Source: the human T2T-CHM13v2.0 reference genome, Homo sapiens
Reading direction: 5' to 3' (one strand)
Assembly: GCF_009914755.1 (NCBI RefSeq)
Contig: NC_060928.1
Length of the DNA stretch: 64,000 nt
Shown here: piece by piece, positions 13,051-27,624 of the stretch
How the letters are laid out: each line of letters begins with the position of its first letter
Position numbering within the stretch: position 1 is the stretch's first letter
The notes under the pieces: model-generated
Told to the model about the DNA's origin: nothing
The model's input: the letters and a program-made list of their open reading frames with translations, nothing else
The model's database searches: none
Program-made: the position numbers and the translations under genes

Positions 13051-14734
13051 TTATTCTGTAATGTGACCATATTCTCTGGAACAGTAAGAAAATAAAAAAA
13101 TGATCTGTGCATTTTGTATCCGTTGGCCAGAGAGTTTGTAGTAAAATTGTTTCTTTAGCAAAACAGGCTCCTGGAGGTTTTTGAAACTCACTCCATTGTG
13201 TCGGCAGGCTGAATTCATTATCATTTCTCCATCTAATTATTTAGAAGGGCTGGAGACAGAAGAGAGCAAGTTAAGTGGCCCTCTAGCCCATGCATTTCAT
13301 GTAACCCCTGGGTCTGGCTCTTACCCTGTTTCCTGTAAGGGGGCGCTCCCTGAGGCAGACCCTTTGCAGGAGGACCCAGAATTGCCCTGCTTAGTCTGGG
13401 ACATCCTCAGGATGGTTGCCAGTCTCTGGAAGGCTTGTGGATCCTGCCAGGGATGGCCCAGAGCTAGTCTCAACCCAAATCAGTGGAGTTTGGCCAAATC
13501 TGGACATAAGAGATCAAATGAGTATTGAGGTCAGCGGATTCTGCCCTGGAGAGCGACCTGCAAATCAAGTGTGGGGTTTTTTCTCTGGCCTATATGCTGT
13601 TCTTTCTACTACCACTGTTGTTTAAGTGTAATCACTGAAATCCACTCCTTTATCTGTTCCTGTACTTTGCATCCCTGGTACCTTCCAAAGCTTCACACTC
13701 CAAAGCCTCTTTCATTTGTAAGATCGAGTTCCTGTTCCGCTGAGTTTCCAAACCAGGGAGTTTTTCTCTCCCAGGCTCCCAAAGTTTTCACATTTACTTT
13801 GCATTTTAGAAGATGAGGTTTCAGGCTGGCTTCACCAGCCGCTGGACAGAGTTTCCATGTAGGACACCTGGTGTACCATCATTCCAGGGCCCTTGCCCTT
13901 AATTTATCCTAGCATGTGAGAAGTGTAGTTTGACATCCATTCATTTATTCATCTCACAAGTATTTATTGAGTACCTACTTATTAGAGCTAATCTCAAATT
14001 ATGTGCAATCATTACTCTGAGTTATGCCATAGGATGGAGTAGATCTACAGTGATCTAACCTGAAAAGGCATTTTGAAATCTTAATTGCCTGCTGGAACCT
14101 CCCCCTGGCACTGCTTCCCATGGGCCAGTGTGGCTGTGCACACCCACACCCTCCCTACTGGGGAAAGACCCCAGCATTAGGCGATTTTACCTAAAAGTCG
14201 GTCCCACAGCACAGGCTCTGAAGCAGAACAGAAAGTGCCCGGGTCTGCAGGCAGACACGCTTCTGTTCCTGGCTGCAGCTCCAACCAGCTCTGTGAAATT
14301 GGGCGAGTCATTTCACCTCTGTTCCTCCATTTCCTCATTTCTAAAATGGGGATGAGGACCTGACCCTTCCACCTTTGTGCAGTTATTATGAGGATTTCCG
14401 TATTTACTTGGGTCAAGCTGCCAATTTTTCTCAGCAGTTATATCGACAGTGCAGGTGCACTGGCTAGGAAGAATAATTGCCTAATTTGGGGCCTTCAGAA
14501 TGTGTCTTTTGATCTTGCATCCAAGTGTGCGTACTGAGACAGGGTGGGCAGCAGGGGCCAGTTGGAAGGAGTGGAAACTGTCACTAATGTAAACAGACTG
14601 TCCCCACGTTCTGTCTTCTCCGGGGACCAACCTGTTCACAGAAATCACTATCATGTACTTACTGTTGGTGGTGTAATGTTGTCCTCTGCCTGGGGAGGTG
14701 GAAGAGTGGTGTGCCAAGGCCACCAGTCTTAAGT

Positions 14735-14850
14735 CAGACTACCTTGGGTTCAAGTCCTGGCTCTACGAGTTAGCAGCTGTGTGATGTTAGGCAGGTTACT
14801 TGACCTCTCTGTTTCAGTGTTCTTTTCAGTAAAACGGGAAGGTAGTAACC
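14735..14850 (+). mobile_element. MIR SINE fragment
   Basis: gggttcaagtcctggctcta...gctgtgtgatgttaggcaggttacttgacctctctg MIR core. Confidence 0.7.
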
Positions 14851-16599
14851 ACCTCATTGACATTAAACAGCGCCTGGGGATTGCCAATCACGAAGGTGGT
14901 GGTGATTGGCAGGAAACCTGTGACATCACTTAGCCCCTTGCCTTCCTTGATCCCTTTTCAAAAACCTGTGTTTGTGCACACACCCCTTCCCCTTGCAGTT
15001 CCCCCCCACCTGCCTCCTCTCCTCCCTTTCTCGCTTTCTTTTTTCTATTTTAGATTTTAAAGTACAGTAGAGACCTCGACACTAGACTTGTTTAGAAGAC
15101 CTCACTGAGTGGATAATAATAAATTATTTGAAGATGGTACTAATAAGGTCTCTGGAGTACACATGATGGGCCAGGCTAAGGTTAGGGGCAATAACTTTTC
15201 CTTAGGAAGTTTGGTTTACTAGGTCTCCCTTAGAGTTAGGCCCTTCATCCCTATTACTTGTTTAAGGGAGATTTCAAGTGCATTCAGAGGGAAAGGGAGA
15301 TGATTGTGGAACTCCTACTATGAGCTAAGTGCTCTTATGTTAGCTCCTTAGGCTTGACATAAAAACTTCATTCAGGGAACAAGCCCGATCTCCTGTGGGG
15401 AGTGGGGAGGGAGCCCTCTCAGGAAGGCTGAGGCCTGCCTGTCTGTCCTTCCCAGTACTGGTGGCGGTGTGGGACGCACCACTGGGAAAGCTAAGAGGCC
15501 TAGACTATCTAGGTAAGAAGAGGCGGCCTTGGATCCCCCAGGGAGCAATCAGCTGGCTGCACAGAGTGGGGAGGGCCTTGAGCTGGTCTTTGAAGAATTA
15601 GGGGGATTTAGATAAGCCGGAAGGGGAGGGGGCATTCCATTGCCGGTTGCCCAGCATCAGGGCCAAAAATGAACAAAGGCCTGGGGGTGGGCAGGGCAGC
15701 CGGCATGAAGGGCACTTGTTGGAGCAGGGGGCAGCTGGTGGGTAACGGGGTGCCAAGCATGGGTGCCTGAGCCCACTGTCAGACCCGGGGAGTGCACGGG
15801 AGGGAAGGTTGTGAGCTGGAGAAGGATGGGATGAGAAGAGATCTGTGAAAAACGTGGGTGGCAAGGGGTGAGGGCTGGACTGGAGAGGCTGAGGGAGACC
15901 AGTGGTGGAAAAGCTGCAGCAATGCAGGTGGGAGGCGCTGAGGGCCTGGCCCCCAAGGCAGGAGGGGAGAGCAAAGGAGGTGAGGAAGGCTTCAGAGATG
16001 GCCTCTAGGTTTCCATGGTGAAGGACCAGAAAATAAGGCCAATGGGAGGCGGGGAGGGGGCAGCCTTAGAGGCAGGAACAAGGAGGGGTAGGGTTGGTTT
16101 GGGCCACGTTGATAGCAGTGGTTCAAAATGCTTTTCTCTTTCTTTTCTGCTTATTTTTAAAGGGAGAGGGTAGGCTTCGCTCATGGTTTTGTATCCAAAG
16201 TTTCAGTGGCTCTCTGGGAGGAACTTCAGTGGAGAATCCTCAGGAGCAGAGGAATGATCACAGCCCCATGGTTCCTTCTGGTTATTTTTAAGATTCTAAC
16301 CATCCCTGTTCAGGCCGGAATTTCCAGGAACTGGCTGCTGCCCAGCGCCAACTGGTCCCTCCCAACCTCCCACTCCCTGCAGGGTGGGGCCCCATGGGTG
16401 GAGGCTCCTTAGGGTGGAGTTGGGTGGGTCTCCAGTGATAGGGAGGGCACTGAGCAGAGGCAGATGAGAGGCAGTGTGGCCTCACGCAGCCCTTCTGGAT
16501 TTGATTATATAACACTTCATAGAGGAGAATTGTGAGGGCTTAGGCGAGGCCTTGTGAGATATGTACACAGCAGGATTAGACATTATGGGTATTTTTCAA

Positions 16600-17055
16600 T
16601 TTATCTTGGGTTGCCTGCCCTTAAAACTAAAACACAAAATTGTCAGAGAGCATAAACAAGTGTGTAACCCTAGTAGGGAAAATGATTCGAGTTTGCTGCA
16701 GTTTCTCTAAGAAGGGTGTGGAATGCCACTAGCCAGATGGCCTTGAACTTAGAGGGTAGCATAGGTGTGGGTGTCCCCGCCCCCAGCCCTGCTTTGCTAG
16801 GCCTCAGTTTGGAAACTTGTCAGGCTTCTGCTTGGTTGTTACCTTTGCACCTGTCCTTATTGACATGCAAAATCAATTGCTTCACTTGGTCTTTCCGAAG
16901 TACAGGGTGTGGGCAGAATCTTATCTGAAGCCATGTCCTGTTTGGACAAGTTGGACTTGCCTTGGCAACTCTCCATAGGGTGGAGCAGATGGGTGGAGGC
17001 AGGAAAGTAAAATTGGGTGGCTTGTTAGCAGAGAGAGGAGAGAGGGTGGGTTGTT
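16600..17055. promoter_or_regulatory. candidate intronic enhancer (KLF/GATA/E-box cluster)
   Basis: AGGGTGTGG at 16713-16721 and 16904-16912, TTATCT at 16601 and 16921, GC box ~16775, CAGATG E-boxes. Confidence 0.5.
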
Positions 17056-18813
17056 TGCTCACTGGATCATTATATTTCATCTGAAATGAAATAATTAACT
17101 TCTTTCCCATTTATAATACACATTAATGCAAAATAACTAATTCATGAGGGGCGAAGATTTAGAAACACCCCATGGAATTTTTCTCCTTTTCAAACCAGTC
17201 ATAGAAGAGTAGGACAGGTGAAAATCACAGAGTGGCATGAAAATTTCCAAGAATGTCTAGGTAGGAAATTCCAGGTAGGTGCCAGTGCTTAGCTTTGTTT
17301 CAGGGAGCCTCCAGCTTAAAAATGCCTGCTGACATCTGTTGCCTGTCCCCTGTATTTCTGGCTAGGGCAACTGTCCTTAAATAATACTTGAGCCATTGGG
17401 GGATTTTGAAGAATTTGGGTAAAGAAACGAAGAGAGAAAAGTTTCTCTGGAAAGGAAGTTTAGCTACAGGGATGTTGCTTGCCTGCCCAGTTTTCCTAGC
17501 CAAGAATTACACACACACATGCACACACCGCCTTTTTTTTTTTTCTTTTTTTGCCTTAAGTTCCTTTGGGGAGTAAGGGTAGGGGAAGATAACATGTTTT
17601 CTCTTTGAAAAATCCAAAAACTTAGAAGAGTTGAAAGGGAGGCTTAGCGATGGTGTGTTAGTGTATTGCTCCGTATGCCTAGCCGAGGTCAGCTGGGAGA
17701 CGGAAGTTTGCTTGGAGGAAGGCAGGTGATTTGGAGCCTCGGGGTCAGTCCTGGGTTGGGGAAGATAATGCAGGCACCCTTTGAGGATCTGTGGGAAGAA
17801 ATGAGGGCATGGAGAAAGGAAGAAATAGGGAGATGAGAAGGGAGAACGTCAGAGGCAGGTCTTGCTCTAACCCCAAGAAACAGGAAAGAAACTGCTCCTG
17901 ATACGTACACATTCTCTCTCCACCTTCCTCCTCCCTCAGGAAGGGGCAGGCAGTTGTCTGTAAGGTCGTTTCTGTAATAAATCATGCTCTAGCCTCCAGG
18001 CAAGCTGCTTTCAGAGGAGGTTTAGTAACCCCCTAACCTCGTCTTCCATGAAGGACTGTGTGTGTGTTTCTAAGCCCTGCAGCTCACCTGCAGCCCCGCT
18101 CCCCACTCCATAAAGCCATTGTGCATAGGTCTCAGACACCACTGTATAGGGCTCCAAAGCAGGACTGCATTACTTCTGAAACTTCATGTCAATGATTCAC
18201 CAACCCTTTTAATCTATAATCACGCAGTCTTGCATTTTGACAGAAATTTGACCCTTATTTTAACATCTGAAAAGTCAGAAGTGCAGGTGGAAAGAGCATG
18301 AAGGGAAATCTGTTTCTCCTTTTTGAGGACCATTCATTTTTATTGGCCTTTCTCTGCAAAATAACACAGCTGGGGAAGATGGCATTTGCTCCAGTTATGG
18401 AAAATTATTTTGGCGGTGGTGATGTTCCTGTATATTTTTGCTTTTAAGCACCTCAATAACTTAGAATTTTTCATAAAAACAATTTTGCCCTTCCCCCCCC
18501 TTTTGGATGCAGTTTTGTTATCCTGGTATTGCTTAGTTTAGCATTAGAATGTATTTCTAAGACTAGCTAATGTATTTCTAAAGCTAGCTAAGCTAGTTAA
18601 ATATAATGAAGATGTAAATGTGTTTATGATTGGAAAATAGTCGTCAGAAAAAAATAGAACCACATTTAGAGCCTCCTCTTCTCTGTGATACCCACATAAA
18701 ATGATTAATAGAATTCCTGAGCCTGGTTAAAACCCACTAGGTTTAAAGACCCCGAGGTTGGCCAACTGGATTGATATACTGCCGGTGTCCTGGTCTCTAA
18801 TGCCTGTTTTAGT

Positions 18814-18827
18814 GCGCCACCTACTGG
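18814..18827 (-). promoter_or_regulatory. CTCF core motif
   Basis: minus strand reads CCAGTAGGTGGCGC, a full match to CCASYAGRKGGCRS. Confidence 0.7.
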
Positions 18828-19260
18828 TTCTGCTTCAGATTGCCGTCAGTACTGTATGATAGATTTTCTAAGCATTTGTGGTTTACTTAGCATTCTTTCA
18901 GAATGGTAATAACCCCAGTGCACTGAGCCGCCCGTGGGTACCAAAGACTGCCAAGTTTAGGGACCCTAATTCTTCCAGGGCTTAAGTTACTTCTCAGTTA
19001 TGTGGAAGGCACTTTGAAGACTGTACAGTCACTCTTTTATGATTGTAGATCAGAACCTGTAAACAAATTAGTACCAATGACAAAAGTGGTCCCTGTAGTC
19101 AGAGATATGGGTGCAAAGTATAGAAATTTTTTGCAAATACATAAACAGAAGCCTCATTTCTGTTCATGTGTTTGATTCTGTTTCTAAATTTAGTTCCTTC
19201 CTAGCTTGGCTTCCCTATCTTGTCTTTGTTAAAAGTTTTGATTATGGAAATAATAAACTT

Positions 19261-19635
<375 letters not shown>

Positions 19636-20058
19636 TTAACAGTTTCGGGTGTGTGGTTCCAGACGTTTTCTTTGCATGTCCTTTATCTTCTTGTTTTATA
19701 TCCTGTGACTATCACTAAAAGCATCATCATTTAAAAGCTATTATCAGAAGCTACCAAATTGGAAACAAAGTGCTTGTAGACATGTGAAATAGTGAGTTTG
19801 ATTCTATTCTTTGTGATATTTGAATTTTGCACGGACTTTTTTTTTAATGTCCAGGGATGCATTATTTAGTTAGGAATTTCAAAAATAGGTATTCTAATCC
19901 TATCATTCCTTCTTTGTTTATTAACTTAAATACTTCTGTAATGAGAACATCCCTTCATCAACATTTGGATTACTTTGAGGTACATTTCTGGGCAAATAAA
20001 CATACCCTTGTAATTATTTTTTAGTAAAAGCAAATCAGGTTCTGTTAGTGCCAGTGTG

Positions 20059-20360
20059 TTTTTTTTTTTTTTTTTTTGAGACCAGAGTTTCGCTTTTGTT
20101 GCCCAAGCTGAGTGCAGTGGCGCTATTTGGGCTCACTGCAACCTCCGCCTGCTGGGTTCAAGCGATTATACTGCCTCAGCCTCCCGAATAGCTGGGATTG
20201 CAGGTGTGCGCCACCACACCTGGCTAATTTGTTGTATGTTTAGTAGAAACGGGGTTTCACCACGTCGGCAAGGCTGGTCTCAATCTCCTATCCTCAATGA
20301 TCCACCCGCCTCGGCCTCCCAAAGTGCTGGAATTACAGGCATGAGCCACCACGCCCAGTC
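20059..20360 (-). mobile_element. Alu (AluS-like)
   Basis: reverse Alu; TSD agtgccag(t/c)g. Confidence 0.95.
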
Positions 20361-20976
20361 AGTGCCAGCGTTTTATACTAGACTATGTTTCTCTTAGGAT
20401 TACAAGTCTTGCATTTCCTTAAACTTAGATAAAACAAAAAATTAAAGAACAATAGTGATTTAAATAATGTCTTAATGATAAAAAGATGTAGCACATTAAT
20501 GTGTAATTCATTTCTAAAAGGATTCAGTAGTCGTTGCTGTGGCCATTAGACAAAGTCATTGAAAGCTATGTGAGCTAAATGGTAGACTTAGAATTTGAAC
20601 GAAAAGGAACTCCAGAGCCCATCATCTTAATTTATTCTGCTGTGCTGCAATTAGTGGTCGTAAAGCGTGCAGGATGACATGAAGTGGGGAGATGCTGGCC
20701 TCGCTCAGAAGCTGTTGTTGCAGTGGTACAGTTGTGAAGTGACAAGGCCTTATATGAGACCTCATACAGGATGTAGGCAGCTGTTAACTTTGAAACTGAA
20801 TCTAGTCTGAGTTTTATTTAAGGGTGGGGGATAGACCTCTAAGGCTAGTGTATGTTAGCAAAGAGGCAAACGCCAGACATTTTTGCTCCGGAAGTTGGAA
20901 CCAACACATTTAGTGTTGTGTGTACAGAATATACATCCAGATTTTATGTGCATATGGATATAAATGAGGGCAAAAG

Positions 20977-20978
<2 letters not shown>

Positions 20979-21021
<43 letters not shown>
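20979..21021. repeat. (GT)n microsatellite, ~21 units
   Basis: uninterrupted gt run. Confidence 0.98.
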
Positions 21022-21025
<4 letters not shown>

Positions 21026-22349
21026 AATCTCACTTGATAGACCTAAATCCTTGAGAAGCAGATAGGGAGCCATGCTCTGCATTTTACAAATGATCACTCT
21101 TGCCCCATGGCTGCGTTAGTTTGCAGCCTGCTTGAGTCTCAAAACCATGGCTCCTTCCTTATACACCTGAGAATGTGAATGCTTTAATTTAGAAGCATTT
21201 GCATCAAGATACTCTCTAGTGGGATAGATGAGTCTGGAAGAGTGAATTCAGTGTAAAAAGCTGGGGGTGAGGAGGTGGGAGGCTGCCACAGGGTGACCAG
21301 CCGTGAGTCAGGGCTGCTAAATGATCTGACCTCATTGATGTAAGCAGGAGATCTCACATCTTTTGTTTATGGTCCACTGTGAGGCACTGGACAACAATTC
21401 TTAGAACCATGTTCATCCGTACAGCTGCTAGTCTGGGAACTGCTTAATAATAGATCCCAAGACACAAAAGCGTTTTCATCCCTCATTACGAAATCATCTA
21501 TTTTTCACTGGCTGTTGCGGTTAGTTCTTGCTGGAATACATAAGAGGGTAGTAGCACTATTGATTTGAGCAGCTTGGTATCAAATTGTGTTTGCAGATTA
21601 CAATACACCCTGTGATGGAGGAAAATATAATTTTGAAGTCAAGGCCTTATGTCGAGTTATTGATGAAATTCGTGTGTTGTCATGAGATTCAAAACAGGCT
21701 TTCTTCAATGAATCAACGAAGCACAAGAACGACATAGTATCACTTCCATCATTGTATATGAAGATATCTTAGTATAACCCGTAGAGCACCAACACAACAA
21801 ATTATAGGATTGCTATCATGGAGGTGGGGATGGGGGTTTTTAACACTGAAATACAAGAAGGAATCCAGAACCCGGGATTCCTGCAGCTTCTTCAGCTGGA
21901 ACTCACTCTAGAACTTGTTCACTTTGCCACTCAAACCAGGGTGATCTATGAAGACCTTACCTCTAACCAAAGCACTGAGCACTTAAACCAAATTTGGCTA
22001 ATGAGTGCCTGAAGTCGATTTCTGAAAGTGTGTCTAGTAGCAGGACAGTGTTTCTGTAACTGAGGAGACACATTTGAACATTGAGCAGACTGAATATTTT
22101 GTCCTGTGAAGAAGCAGTTGGCTTGATGTAGATTAGTGTTAGAAGTGGACTGTACAGAACACAGAAGAAAATAGAAGGGATGGCAAGCAGAGAACAACAG
22201 AAGAAAAAGACAGGACAGGATCAAGGTGGACATTTCCTTTACAATAGGCTCATTTCCTAATGAGGAGAAATCTGAGTGAAAACAAGCTAATATTCTTCAT
22301 ATGTGAAAAGTGCTTAGAAAACAATAAGAAGTGGTGGAGGCTGTCAAGC

Positions 22350-22900
22350 CCTAAGTAGGCATTTCTCAAAAGAAGAAATCCAAATGGTCAATAGAGCTGA
22401 AAAAAAATAACTTCAATAACCAAATCAATTTAGAATAAAAATCATTTGCCATCTTGAGACTTAACAAGTTGGCAAGGTGTTTATCTTTTATAACACAAGT
22501 GATAACACATGTTGCTGGTGGAGGTTTGGGGAAACAGGTTGTATTTTATTAATGAAAATAATAGTTCGTCTTTGCCAGGTGATGGCATCAGGCGCTTTGG
22601 GAAATGTATATACTTCTCACCCAGGAATTCCCCTACAGAAAACTTATCCTAAAAATTAATGGTGTGCAGGAGGATATATTTAAAGAGGCTCATTGCTGTT
22701 CGTAATGGCGAAAACTTAGAAGCAACCCTAAGTGCCTAATAAAGAGGAAGAAGTTAAGTAAACTGATGTGTTCACACAGTGGCACGGGGGATTTGATGGT
22801 GCAGAACCATACTTGGTGCAGAACCATACTTACTGTAAAAGAAACATTTTCACATAAATTGTTCAGTGAAATGATAGGTACTAAATACCATGTACACTAT
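22350..22900 (+). mobile_element. ancient L1M 3' fragment
   Basis: caaaagaagaaatccaaatggtcaata...acccaggaattcccctac...aacttagaagcaaccctaagtgcc resemble old L1 3' region. Confidence 0.6.
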
Positions 22901-23226
22901 GAGCCCAGTTTTAAAGAGGGTTTGTTAGAATAAAAATGAAATTTTAATGATGGTTGGTTCTAGGTTTTCTTTTTGCTCGTCTTTTTTTCCCCTAATTTTT
23001 CTGCGACCAACATCGGGGAAAAGGGAAGGTGTTTAACGGTCATATGTAATCTGAACCCCTAAAGAGTTGCACGGCAATCCCAAGCAAGCTTTGGCGCTCA
23101 GAAGGGGCTGTACATAGTGTTCCAGAAAAGTCAGGGTTTCTGTATTGAGTTAGAAATGCTGGTTGGCTCTCATCTGGTTATGACCATGGAGTCTGGTTTT
23201 AATTATGTAAATGGCATCTTTCATAG

Positions 23227-23635
<409 letters not shown>

Positions 23636-23731
23636 TAGTTTGTATTTAAAGTAACCTTGAGACTTAGATGGATACCTTGTTTTGTTTTCTAGGCCAAACA
23701 CCAGAGCACCCTAGAAGGTTTAACTAAAAGA

Positions 23732-23788
23732 ATGCTCATGTTTGACCCAGTTCCTGTCAAGCAAGAGGCCATGGACCCTGTCTCAGTG
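23732..23788 (+). CDS. KLF3: KLF3 coding part of exon 2 (exon 23693-23788): MLMFDPVPVKQEAMDPVSV
   Basis: acceptor ttttctag at 23692, ATG 23732, donor GTG|GTAAGT; phase 0 into exon 3; contains VKQE SUMO consensus (K10); absent from the ORF track because it is short. Confidence 0.95.
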
Positions 23789-23874
23789 GTAAGTTTTCCA
23801 AGATTGAACACCTCGCCTTATTTTTTCCAAGTGATGATAACATTATTGTGTGTTGAATTATTCCTTGAAATCAT

Positions 23875-24182
<308 letters not shown>

Positions 24183-25142
24183 TCACTCATTGCTTGACAG
24201 GCATTTCATAGGCAAACTTTTCTCAACGCCACCAGGTATGAGTGAGCTAAATACTGTCCTAGCAGCTGTGGATCCTTTAAATGGGATCTGCGCTTCCTTA
24301 AGACCCGTGCCCGGTGTCCCCCTAAGATATGATCAGCATAGAACTTAGGCCACAGGTGAATCCTCTCATGACAGAAGTAAGTTTACAAAAATTCCTCAGC
24401 CCTTTTGTGTGTAAAAATATATTAAGAATAGGATGATTTGCTTAAAAACCAATGACAACAGCCATATGGAGCTGTAACTATATGAGATGACTGAGGGAAG
24501 CCAGCGAGAGAAAGACTTGGCAGTGAGGACGGAATCTCGTTTACTTGGAAGAGTCTGGCTGGGTAGGAATTACGTTCATTGTCCTTTTCAGCACCTTAGC
24601 GCTAAGCCAGCCCCTCATGGGAGCCAGGCCACTGGCTGCTTTTAGGCCGCCAGGGACTAGTGAGGAGTCTGGGGTTTCTGCAGGTACAACACCAGTGCCA
24701 TGAAGGTGAGACATGGTGACAGAGGAAGGTGTCTGACTTCAGAGCAGGGAGTGGTTTCAACTTGAGGATTCTGGTTGAGTGAATATTGAATAACAAGGCA
24801 ATGCTCCCACTCTGTCTTGCTCTTTTCTTCCACGGGCTTGGAAAATATTCACAAGGGGGAAAACTTGGCCCGAGGTGTGTATCTGAAGGTTGGTAATGAC
24901 ACGCTTGCAAAATTAGATCATCCTTGTGCATGGGCTCTGGAGGTTCCTGCCAAAAATGTTTATACAAGACACGGGGGTCACGCCGAGGCCCTTGGAGCTG
25001 AGTTGCCATGGATATTACTAAGCCAGTAAAGTGTTTACCAGTATCTATAATGCAAGTTAAGTCAGAGGGGCTTTAAGGAAATAACATTTACATTCCAGCA
25101 TGATAACTGAATAACCAAGTGTCTGAATATGGTAGCAACTGA

Positions 25143-25472
<330 letters not shown>

Positions 25473-27624
25473 TAAATTACTTCGAATGTTATTCAGTGCT
25501 GTCATTGTATTCATCAAATCCCCCTCCCCGGCATCACTACATGATCACGTTAGAGGAAAATGAAGGTATAAAATTTCCCCATTAGTTATATTCTTGAAAT
25601 AGGAATAGGTTTTTAGCACTGGAGAATATGATTCATTTTACAATTGGTGCAGAGCCATCAGTGAGGCATTTTACTGTTTAATGTACTTCCAGTGCTTTTA
25701 ATCAAGCATGAACATAAGGCTCAAGAGTCTAATATAAAGCTAAAATGAAGATCCACATTGCTAAATTGGTGTGATATATATAATTAAGTGCAAGGAAATG
25801 CACTTAACCGAAAAAAAAAATGTGGAATAAAATGAATTTGAAGTAACTGTTAAACTTGTATTGTTGTAACGTAGTAATACATGAAGTTAAAATATGTAGA
25901 ACTGATTTTGCAGTTAATGGTCTTTTTCTCCTTCATGTGCTAGATTTCAACTGCAGCTGACACTTTTAGAATTTAGTTTCACCAAAAGTTACTGTCAGTC
26001 CTTTAAAATGAAGGTGTTTTTTTTTCTTTTTCTTTTTTTGGTTTTAACTTTCTTCAGCAGGAAGTATTTTTTTCTTAATTCAGTGCAACCTCAGTTAACA
26101 GAAACATTTGAGCAGTGGGGTGTTAAAATGATTTTACTTAAACAAATTAAAAAGCTTTTGTTTCCACTCTTAAGTGTTCAAATTTCGTCTTTCCTGCCTT
26201 CATAGGTGAAGTATATTGAACCTAATTTATTATTCCTTTTTCTTTTTAATTCAGTCTTTGATCTGAAGGTAAAAGTCTTTCGCTATTCAAGTCAACGTTG
26301 TAAACATTAAGGCACAATAGGACATTTGTAAAAGTATTTTTAATTTCTATAGATGAATAAAAATATTTTATGGTAACTTATTTCTCCCCCTCTTCCCACC
26401 CCCTAAAAGGATAGCACAGCAGAAACAATCGCTTGTTTGTGCTTTTGCTATAGGTTAGAGAAAGTGAGGACATGTCATTTCCCTCTTAATCAAATATAAG
26501 CCCTCATACTGTTCTCCACTAGCCTTGTGCTTTGAGGCTTGGGGTCACCCTGTTAAAATTTGCTAGAATGAGGAACAGAGGAGACTCTCCCTCCCCAAGT
26601 CTGTGCCTTCAGTCTCTGCTACTTACATCCACCCAGTGTTGGCAAAATCACCAGCAGCTCCCCGAGCTTCTGTTTTTTTTTTTTGAAAAAATTATAAAAT
26701 ATGAAACTGTGTGTAAAAAAATGCGCATGTACATAAATTTTTTTTTTTACCATTTCCCAAAAGATTGAAAATTAAAGGATTTAATTCAGGAAGTGAGCAA
26801 GGAAACAAATTGTAAAAAAACAAAACAAATCAAAAAACAAACTTTAAAAGTATTCTTCTATTCCTGTGGAAAGATTACTTTTGAAGAAAGGATTAATAAT
26901 ATTCTGTTATCTTCAGTCATCTAACAGACTCCTTATAGATAGGAAAGTATGTCACATCAGTAATTTCCTCTGCTCTTTTCTAACAGAAACTTTTCATGGC
27001 TTTTTCAAGCCTGGTGGAAAGAGAGCTTTCTACCTCTGTTTGCATGGGGGTGCATGCCATTTGCTCTTCCCAGAGTGTGTGTTTATACACGCACCATGCC
27101 TTCCTGTGCCTGGAACCCTCTCTTGGATGAAGATTCTTTTGACTTGACCTGTAATGGACATTCACTTTTTTTCATGTTGAGGAATAGTGAAATAGAGATT
27201 TCATCCATGTTTCCGTCATTCCGTCCACTGAAACTGTCTTATAATGGAAAGCTCGCCAAAACTATTCCTCATAAAATGAGAAACTATTGCAATTATCACC
27301 TTAGCATAAAGTGATAGAGCTTTGGGAAATTATCCAAACATGGTACCTCTTTCCCTGTTGCAATTAAAATCATTTTTTCAAAGTTCAAAATAATTAGTAT
27401 ATTATTCTTCACCTTATCAGTAATAAAAACCTGCTAAGAGAGTGTGTCAATTTACTACACATTCATCAAGTATTAATTGAGCACCTATTGCAGGCCCTCA
27501 TCACCTCACAGTGCAGTGAGAAGCAGCAGTCAATAAGTAAATGCACACTGTGCAGGGGTGTGAACATCTGAGTACATGTTACAGACGGAAATAACTCTTA
27601 TAGCAGATCAGTGGTTTTGTGGAG

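Noticed and set aside
15400-16110. Strongly G/purine-skewed + strand tract
   Set aside because: Its 3' part resembles decayed reverse L2 sequence, which explains the skew; no repeat unit or coding signal.
24602-25009. 135-aa minus-strand ORF in intron 2
   Set aside because: No recognisable domain, splice context or compositional support; consistent with chance.
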